NCBI RefSeq assembly: GCF_009914755.1
Contig: NC_060936.1
DNA from: the human T2T-CHM13v2.0 reference genome, Homo sapiens
Length of the DNA stretch: 64,000 nt
Strand: one strand, 5' to 3'
Shown here: in pieces, positions 55,650 through 64,000 of the stretch
How positions within the stretch are numbered: position 1 is the stretch's first letter
Layout: every line of letters begins with the position of its first letter
The notes under the pieces: model-generated
Databases searched by the model: none
Told to the model about the DNA's origin: nothing
The model's input: the letters and a program-made list of their open reading frames with translations, nothing else
Made by a program: the position numbers and the translations under genes

Positions 55650-56610
55650 ACTTGGCACCCCTGGAGGTAGAGTCCAAAGTGGGGATTCATATACAAGTGG
55701 TTTATTAAAGTGCTCCCAAACAAATCTAATACGGAGGTGAGCAAATCAGAACAGGGAAGGGGAAGAAGCCAAGCAAGGGTGCAATTTCAGACAAAGCTCC
55801 AGTGTCAAGCTGATCACATGGGATCTCTGGAGTGCAAATTACAATTGACTCTTAAACAATGTACTGAATAGGGTACCAATCTTCCCACCCCATGAAGTTG
55901 AAAATTTGTATAGCTTTCGACTCCTCCAGAACATAACTACTAAAGCCTACTGTTGACTGGAAGCCATATCGATAACATAAACAGTCGATTAACACATATT
56001 TTGGATGTTATATGTATTGTATACTATATTCTTACAATAAAGTAAGCTAGAGAAAAGAGAATGTTTTTAAGAAAACTATAAAGAAGATAGAATATATTTA
56101 CTATTCATTAAGTGGAAGTGGGATCATCATAAAGGTCTTCATTCTCATCATCTTCATATTAAGTAGGCTGAAGGGGAGGAGAAGGGAGGGGTTGGTCCTG
56201 CTGTCTCAGGGGTGGCAGAGGTGGAGACGGTGGAGAAGGTGGAGAAGGTAGAGGAGGTGGAAGGGGAGGCAGGACAGACAGGCACACTCTGTGTGACTTC
56301 TATTGAAAAAAATCCGCGTGCTGCTCAAAGGTCAGGTGTATATTTCAGAATGTGTTCTTACTAAGGGCAAAGGAACTGGGTTTTCATGCTTGAGCATCAA
56401 GCCAAAGTCATTGGCTAAAGGATCCCTTGGGGAGATGTGACCTCCCAGAAATTTCTTGCTCTCTGCACTTGTAGACAAAGTGTCTCTAGCTAAGGTCAGC
56501 TTTCTCTGTGTAGAAACAAGGCACACAGACCCTGTGGATGGGCACACAGGAAAAAAAGGATCAAAGGGGTCTGAGGGGACCTGCAGAGAACACAACAGCA
56601 TCCACTATCC
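55650..56610 (-). mobile_element. Old ERVL-type LTR (LTR33/40/41-like) split by a Tigger2 insertion
   Basis: caagtggtttatt...gggaaggggaagaagccaagcaagggtg...ctctggagtgcaaatta, resuming after 56340 to caacagcatccacta. Confidence 0.5.
55842..56338 (-). mobile_element. Tigger2a/2b (TcMar) DNA transposon
   Basis: TA target duplication at both ends; degenerate TIRs caattgactcttaaacaa / tgctcaaaggtcaggtg; internal ataacataaacagtcgattaacacatattttg and attaagtggaagtgg...atcatcataaaggtcttcat. Confidence 0.85.
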
Positions 56611-57050
56611 TTTAAAATAGTTTTCTCTCAAGAGGATGTTTTTGTAATAGAAAAAGCCAGTTAGGGTAAAGTGAGCTTGATAGGAAAATTTCCAGGGGCT
56701 CCTAGGACATTTAAAAAATAAAATCAGTCCCTTTCACTCAATAAAATTACTTTTTTAAAAAATATAGAGCTAGAACTGGAGCTGAAGTACTTAGGGTTTT
56801 ATTATTCTAGTTTGCTTCATTTTCTTACCCAGTATAGGAATAGAATAACTTTGGCATGCCAGTGATATTACATAAGTATAATTTAATTAAATTGTACTTT
56901 ATTAGCTATTAGGTACTGTTTGGCATAATTCAGAGGGAAGGATATATTTCTTGAATCAAGACTGAGCCCATGCCATGATGATTCTGCCAGTGTTCTGACT
57001 CTATCTCTAGCTACGGAAGAGGAAGACATCCAGGAGAAGTCTTAATAATA

Positions 57051-57253
57051 GAACACATTGGCACATAGAGGGAAACAACACACACCGGGGCATTTTGGAG
57101 GGTGGGAGGAGAGAGAGGATCAGGAAAAATAACTAAAGGGTACTAGATTTAATACCTGGGTGAGGAATAATCTGTACAACAAACCCCCATGACACAAGTT
57201 TACCTACATAACAAACCTGCACTTGTACTCCTGAGCTTAAAAGTTAAAAAAAA
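57051..57253 (+). mobile_element. L1PA (older subfamily) 3' end
   Basis: ggatcaggaaaaataactaa...aatctgtacaacaaacccccatgacacaagtttacct...polyA. Confidence 0.85.
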
Positions 57254-57474
57254 TTAGTTATAAAAATGAAATAAATAAATGCAATAAAGAGGAGGATAAA
57301 AGTAATAATGTATATTAAATTAAATAATACTTTGATTAAAAAGTCTTAAACTCATTTTCTTTGGAATCAGCAACTATAAGTTTAATGATAAAAGTTGGTC
57401 TTTCCTATCGTGTATCAGCTAGAAATGCTTTCAGTTGAAAGTAACAAAACTCAACCTATAATGGTTAAATAAAT

Positions 57475-57710
57475 ATGACATAGTGGTTAAGCATAGATTT
57501 TGTAGATTCAGATCTTAGCTAGTAAACTTGAGCAAATTACTGATTTTTTCTTTTTAAATATTCTAATCTAACAAAAATGGAGATCATAATAGTATCTACT
57601 TTATATTTACTTGTGAGAATTACAATTACTACATGTAATGTATCTGAAATGTGCATGTATGTAAAAGAGTGCCTGCATTGTGGTAATATATAAGTAAATA
57701 ACTTAAAATT
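57475..57710 (+). mobile_element. MIR SINE
   Basis: catagtggttaagcatagatt...aaaatggagatcataatagtatctact...gagtgcctg. Confidence 0.7.
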
Positions 57711-58419
57711 TGTTTTAGTTAAGAATGACATAAAAATAATTTTACTGTCCTGAATTTCTGTTAATCTCTAGAAATAGTTGCCAAAGAAGGCAGAATCTGT
57801 TTCTCTCCCAAACAACCCAGGATTTATGTGTAGGAGAGTGAGAAATTAATTCTGTGCTTATTCATTTATAGAATTGGGACACTACACATTTCTTTATGTT
57901 CTGCACCTTGTTTAAAACAAAATGTAGACATCTTTCCACATAAGCATATATAAGCCTCTAAGACTTTTAAAAAATAGTGTAGCATTTCATCATATGACTA
58001 TACCATCATTTATTTTGCTTGTCCCACAGTGACAAACATATAGTTTATTTACAACCAACACTGCAATGAATATTCTTGTATGTGGATCTTTGGATATTTA
58101 TATGAAAATATTTAGAAGGTAAAATTAAGAGAGAAAGCATTTGACGTGGCCGTACTCTATGTAGACCACAACAGTAAAGATTAAGAGATTCAGGAAGATG
58201 AAAAAAATGGAGGAAAGTGTTAAAATTAGACATTTAAATATATCCCACATGATTTAGAACACTCCGTAGTTAAATTTAACTAAATGTGTGTTAAAAACTG
58301 GGATTGAATACTTTTAATTTAAATATTTAAAATTAAATTTAAATGCACGGGCAGAAATTCACTGTCAACCAGTTCTGCATGTGTATACAGTGCTTTCCAT
58401 TAGTTTTTTAGAGCTAAGC

Positions 58420-59660
58420 TCCTAAATATGAGCAGACAAGCAAGAATCAGCAGATGCACCATGAAAAAGCCAAAATAAACAGAAAATAAAATTTTGGAGG
58501 ACATAGCAACTATGCAGAGAGAAAAAACTTCAAACATGTACAAAAATATTCTCAGATTCAATCAACAAATATTTGACAACCCCCTATGTGTTAGGCACTA
58601 GGGATTCACCATTAAGTAGAAGAGAAAAAAGTTCAGCCCTCATGATGCTTAGAAATTATTGTATCATAAAAGAAGAAAAAAATCCTGTGAATAAAGAGAT
58701 ATTTGGAAAGCAAAAAGGAGCTCATGGAAATTAAAAATATGATAACAATGAAATAATCAAAAGAAGGATAGAACAATAAAGTTTAAAGAAAATAGAAGAG
58801 AGAAAATAGCAGAGAAAAGATCAGACATTTTATTGGACTGGGTCAGGCAGTTTAACATAAACATAATAGTAGTTCTAAAAAAGAAAAACAAACAAAAACA
58901 GAGGGAAGGAATAATTCAAAAAGTTCCAAATAATTCTTAAAAATTCCCCAGTAATAAAAATACAGAATTTTTCAGATCAAATCAATCTATTGAATGCCCG
59001 TGAATATTGACTCAAACCAGATAACATCAATATGCAATTTCAGAAAATTAAAAACAAAGAGAAGATTCTAAAATGTCCCAGAGAGAACATAGATTTTATA
59101 TACCTAATCAACATCAGAAAGACAACAGACATCTCAAGAATAATGCAAAAAGGCAGAAGACAGCAAAGTAACACTCTCAGATTCTGAGTGAAAATTATAT
59201 TTCCCATCTAGACTTTCTTTCTATTAACTGTGAAGGTGGAATAAGGACATTTTAGATAGATATGTACAATTTCAAAAAATTATATCTGGGCAATCTGTCT
59301 TTTAGAAAGTTACTGGAGGATGTGCTTTGTTAGTAGGAAGGGTTTACAAAGAACAAGTTGTAAGATCCATGAAACAGGAAATCAAACACAGGGAAAGCCT
59401 TTCTAAATCAAACACAGGAAAGGGAGACTTCAAGGGGATGGCTACTCAGCTGGATAATCTGACTAGAGCAAAAAAAATTCTGCACAAAGAACATCTTCAG
59501 GAAGATAAAACTAAAGAATACCTTCTGCTTTTAGATATATTGAGAAGACATTAACTAAATGTGGGAGAGTTGGGGAAAAATGAATGATGAACAAACACAA
59601 CATCCACACAACAAACAAAACAAAAATTAATTCTATGGAAAATAAAAAGTGCAGGAAAGG
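58420..59660 (+). mobile_element. HAL1 / old L1M ORF1-like fragment with a short L2 insert near 58555-58650
   Basis: gagctcatggaaattaaaaatatgata, aaagagaagattctaaaa, agaaagttactggaggatgtgct. Confidence 0.55.
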
Positions 59661-59771
59661 AGGAATAATTCACACTCTACATCATCATTCTGAGTAGGAC
59701 TTACAGAACTGAAAAACTGGGAGCAATCTGGGGACGGGGCTGACATTATAGGCTAGTTGCTAGATTTTATT

Positions 59772-60030
59772 TGCTTTTCTTTTTTAACATTTGACTTTGT
59801 TTTAGATTAAGGGGGTACATGTGTATGTTTGTTATGTGACTATATTTTGTACTGCTGGGAGTTGGGCTTCTAATGTACGCATTACCCAAATAGTAAGCAT
59901 TGCACCCATAGGTAATTTTTCATCCCTTGCCATGCCTCCCCACCTTGTGGAGTCCCCAGTGTCTATTATTTCCAACTTTATGTTCATGTGTCCTCATTGT
60001 TTAGCTCCTACTTATAAGTGAGAACATGTG
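59772..60030 (-). mobile_element. L1P(B) 3' end
   Basis: gggggtacatgtgtatgtttgttatg...tttagctcctacttataagtgagaacatgtg. Confidence 0.85.
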
Positions 60031-60079
60031 ACTCTACCCAAAGATTTTGTCTTTGAATTTTAATTCAGGTGTTTGAGAT

Positions 60080-60520
60080 TAGTTCTTCTTCTCTCTGATA
60101 TATTGGAAAGAGCACTGGATTAGGAGTTATGACTTGCTTTGACAAATAAAATGTGGTATAAGTGATATTGTACGTGTTCCTGAACCTAGTACTCAAGAAA
60201 CCTTGCAGCTGTCATCTTTCCTCCTTGTACCCCTGAGACTATCATGCTATAAAGAAGCTCAACCAAGTTTTCTTGAGGATAAAAGACTATGTAGTCAGAA
60301 GGGCCCAGCCATCGCTGCTGCTCCAGCTGGGCACAAGCTCCAGCTGGCAACCAGTACAAAACAGCCACAGAAAGAAATTCAAGTGAAACCAGCAGAAGAG
60401 CTGCCCACCAACCTACAGAATTGTGAAAAACAATAAAACTGTTATAAGCTACCAAAATTTGGTGTGTTGAGCTACTACATTTGGGGGCACAATACTATGC
60501 AGCAAAAGATGATTGATACC
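60080..60520 (+). mobile_element. MLT1 (MaLR) LTR
   Basis: tgacttgctttgacaaataaaatgtgg...ccagcagaagagctgccca...cagaattgtga...tatgcagcaaaagatgattgatac. Confidence 0.7.
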
Positions 60521-60729
60521 GTATATAGTTATTTATTTATCTCTCTCAGTAGCATTCCTTCTCTCCCCAGCCCAATTTTATCAATAGTCACTAATATTAC
60601 TAGCTGCTCCTTTTCTGAAGATGTTTTACGTATTTCCATCAGTAGATCTGGGTTTTTTTCTTTTGGTTTGGTTTCATACACCTTTGTAACAAATATTTAT
60701 TGCCTATTATGGGTCAAGCTCTTTATACA

Positions 60730-63250
60730 TAAGATCTTGGTCTCTGGCTTCACTTCTTAGCATTACCACATTCCATCCCTAATTGCAATCCTCCAATTGT
60801 AACATTAGTCTCACTCCTCCTTGTCTTGAAGACACTATTATCTCTCTGGAACAATATTCCTTCCTTAACTGCCTGACAACTGCTTACCTAGACACATTGC
60901 AATTTTGCTATTCCTTACAAAGTTTAAAATTTGCAATGTGGGATCCCAGTCATGAGGTTTGATTATTTCTTATTCAGCACATTCAAAACTCCTTTATTTT
61001 CATCTCCCTCTAGAATCTGCTTGATGCTCTGGTTCTGCACTAACTGACAAAGCCTCCATTTTCTCCTGGGCACAAGCATAATGGCTGCTCTTCCTGCTTT
61101 TTGTGTATTACTTTCAGGCTTGTGAAACCAGCATGCTAATGAACGATTTCAAATGTTCTTCACATTTGTTCAGCTGCAGAATCACCTTCGGCAAATTCAT
61201 GAATTGACACTACTGTTAAATTGAAGCTAGAACTCCAGGACCCAGTGAAGACAATCCCTCTGCCATGTCCCATGTCCCATGTCCCAAAGACTTTGTCTTC
61301 CTGAAGGACTTAAATGTTCCAGATCTTTCTTGCTACATATTTGTTATATTCTTTGTTTATTTACCTTTGATATGCTCCTACTCCTTTGAGAAAACTTCAG
61401 TCCAACTTGAACATTTTACCTGATTCTTAAGTTGCCCCCTTTCCTACTTTGTACAGATAGAGCTAACAGTATTTGCTGGATTTGAGTGTCTTGTTTTTTC
61501 TTTTCCTTTCTGGCTCAGACTTTATATTTATTGCATATTCTTTTAGAGTTTATCTTGTCTGCATCCATCATAGACAGAAACATCAGTTTTATGGAACTGC
61601 TTAAAGATTCCACTATTCAAATAAAAGTCTTCACCTTTATTTCCCCAAGTTGGATAATCTTCCATCAGACAAACATTCAGATCAGGCAGGGCTCTATTAT
61701 TGCTCTGCCCAGCTTCCCTTAGTATGTCATATCTTGTCCATGCCTTTCCATGCATTCATAATATCAAAACTTCCTGGAACATGTTTTTTCAAGGCATAGG
61801 CAATCTGCACAAGCCTGTCAATGGTAACTTTCACCTTGAAAGTTCACCAAGTAATTTTTGAGTTTCTGCATTTATCTTCCTGGCTTTTCTTTCTCAAATA
61901 GGTCCAAATTTTCTATATTAAAACAGATTGATATAGCTGTCCTATTCCTCAAAGGTTTTTCCTGTGTGCTCACTTTGACTGCACCTTTCCTTGAACCACC
62001 AACTGCATGGTTCAAAGCCAGTAATTTCCTGAATCCTGCTCTTTGTGAAGCAGTAATTTTGACCTGCTCTTTAAGATCTTGCTTCTCTTCCTCTATTAGA
62101 AGTTATTGGACCCTAAATACCCTTTGTGAAAACCCAAATAATTCTTCTGTTTCATATAATCTCTTTAAAAGAAAGGAGACCTGGAAGCACTTCTTTTGCT
62201 TTTTAAAAAATATCCACTTATCATGACTTTGAAGATCTAATATCGTTGTCCCTTATATATCTGTCTAGAATGTCTTCTATGATTTTTAAATTATGGATTT
62301 TTTCTCTTCTTCAAGTTTAATTAATTGCCTTCCTTTATTTATTTTTATTCTTTCCTTGCTCCTTTCTAAATGTATAACTGAAACCTATTTTTTCAAACCA
62401 TTCCTTGGTTTCTTGTTAACTGTGATTCCAAGAAACATAAAGAGGTCAGGACAGATGTCTTTAATTACTTCCGTGACCTTTCATTTTGTAAAAGTCTTAT
62501 TGAGTTGTTTCTCTACCTCCAACCAATAAGAAGATACACACTTTATTTAGCAAGGGACCATAAAATATTTTTTCATAATTACCAAAATTGACCATTCTAA
62601 CATGAGTAAAGTCATAGTTTAGGCTTCTAAAATTTAAGTCAAAACTTGTGTAGTAAACAAAATCATAGCCATTTTGAGACCATGTGGCAATGGTAGTAGG
62701 CTGGAGGCAACGGGTACATGTAAGAACATACGGACAAAGCACGTGAGTCAAAGATGTTAGCTATTCCTTTATCAAGAATGCAGCTCAATACTACAAAAAG
62801 AAGCATGGAATTTCAGGCAGCTGATCTGGCACCTTCTGTAAACAGTTCCTGGCACTAATAACTTAAAGTTTGAAATACACTAGTGAAGTCCATTTGGAAA
62901 CACAACAGTCTGTGTAGTTCAAATTCCCAATCTGAAAGCCTGGCTGAAAAACACAGTGTAAGCAGCAAATATTTTTCTCCCTACCCATGTTCAGAAAGAA
63001 CGAATCAATTTTTCTGTCTCACTTGCAATGCCAAGGCAGAATGCAGCTGACAGTCAAGCTACAGCAGCTTGCATTGCAGAACCCAAGCAGCCGACATCTG
63101 CCAAGGCCATTATGGCATTATGGGCCATTTTTGCTGAGATAGAATCAATTGCCTGAACATAAAGCTACCCTAAGCTGTGGTGACATGCCAGTGTCAAAAT
63201 CCCTCATAGCTTTGCACTCAACAAAACTCCAAATCCTAAAGCTACTCTCT
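60730..63250 (-). mobile_element. Decayed coding fossil, possibly an ancient APE-endonuclease non-LTR retrotransposon ORF2 (RTE-X/L4- or CR1-like)
   Basis: Hand translation of the minus strand gives ordered fragments RSKERIKINKGRQLIKL..HNLKII, WWFKERC, HAGF and YTKSRKSSHYAC; many stops and frameshifts; family unverified. Confidence 0.35.
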
Positions 63251-63346
63251 TAAATCATGCCAGTTTAATGTCAACTACACAACCTTAAAAGCATGCTATG
63301 GAGTACAATTTTGACTATCACCTAGGTTTAAAAACTGAGCACTTGG

Positions 63347-63642
63347 GGCCAGGTGTGGTGGCCCATGTAATCCCAGAACTTTGGGAGGCCAAGCAGGACA
63401 ATTGCTTGAGCTCGAGTTCAAGACTAGCCTGGACAACATAGGAAGATCCCATCTCTACCAAAATAATATAGTAATAATAATAATAATAATAAGTTAGCCA
63501 GGAGTGGTGGCATGTGCCTGTAGTCCCAGCTACTTTGGAGGCTGCAGTGGGAGAATTGCTTGAGCCTAGGCAACTGAGGCTACCATGAGCCATGATCGTT
63601 CAGCCTGGGCAATGGAGTGGGACCCCATCTCTGAAAAAAAAA
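63347..63642 (+). mobile_element. Alu, AluJ-like, with (TAA)n-expanded linker
   Basis: Dimer with taataataa linker at ~63472-63492 and a short polyA. Confidence 0.92.
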
Positions 63643-63878
63643 CCCACTTAATTAATGAGCTGCTACCAAAACGTTAATATATTACAAGTTAATATGTTGC
63701 CAGAAGCCTAAGAGTAGACCATAATGTATTCTCTGAAGGCAAGCCAATCCCAAAGTAAAGCTGGTATGTGCTAAGCCACTCATGCTCATTTCTTGCCTCC
63801 TTCTTATGGAAGGGGAGGTAAGTCACTCCTTCTTTATAAGAGGCCTGGAATTTTAGTCTGGGACAGTCACACTATACT

Positions 63879-64000
63879 ACTAGTCCTCAACCAGGGACAA
63901 TTTTACTCTCCAGGAGACATTTGGCAATGTCTAGAGTAATTTTTGGTTGTCAAAATTGGAGAGGTGTTACTGGATCTAGTGGGCAAGAGACAGGAACGCG
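63879..64000 (+). mobile_element. MER20 hAT DNA transposon, truncated by the window end
   Basis: ctcaaccagggacaatttt...ccaggagacatttggcaatgtctagag...tttggttgtca. Confidence 0.8.

Noticed and set aside
61600-61725. Minus-strand GKLGRAIIEP...IVESLSSSI faintly recalls the orthomyxovirus PB1 pre-motif region
   Set aside because: Too short, wrong spacing, interrupted by stops, and no downstream polymerase motifs visible

Overview
AT-rich, repeat-laden primate genomic DNA (Alu elements present). It is recognisably the tandem myogenic regulatory factor locus MYF6 (MRF4/herculin) - MYF5, as in human 12q21. Two three-exon bHLH genes lie on the + strand. MYF6 CDS is join(24427..24945,25231..25321,25549..25667), 242 aa. 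MYF5 CDS is join(33774..34274,35068..35143,35571..35761), 255 aa. Both have GT-AG introns in phases 0 and 1, TATA boxes, CpG-rich 5' ends and polyA signals. Between them is a GC-rich block with the variant Gli site GACCACCAA and TCF-like sites, matching the Myf5 early epaxial enhancer, followed by a strong CTCF motif. About 9 kb upstream of MYF6 a transposon-poor block has clustered E-box, MCAT and Pax3/7-like sites. The flanks are a mosaic of L1, L2, MIR, Alu, ERV LTRs and DNA transposons; family names come from by-eye recall, not a database search. I see no clear-cut new biological system. The most novel-looking leads are: (i) phase-compatible MYF6-MYF5 chimeras and a cryptic in-frame acceptor in the MYF5 leader; (ii) an NMD-escaping intron-2-retained MYF6 frame; (iii) a 34-nt perfect identity between the two bHLH loops; (iv) an intronic G-quadruplex; (v) a ~2.5 kb decayed minus-strand coding fossil at 60.7-63.3 kb resembling an ancient non-LTR retrotransposon ORF2. 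All are hypotheses.
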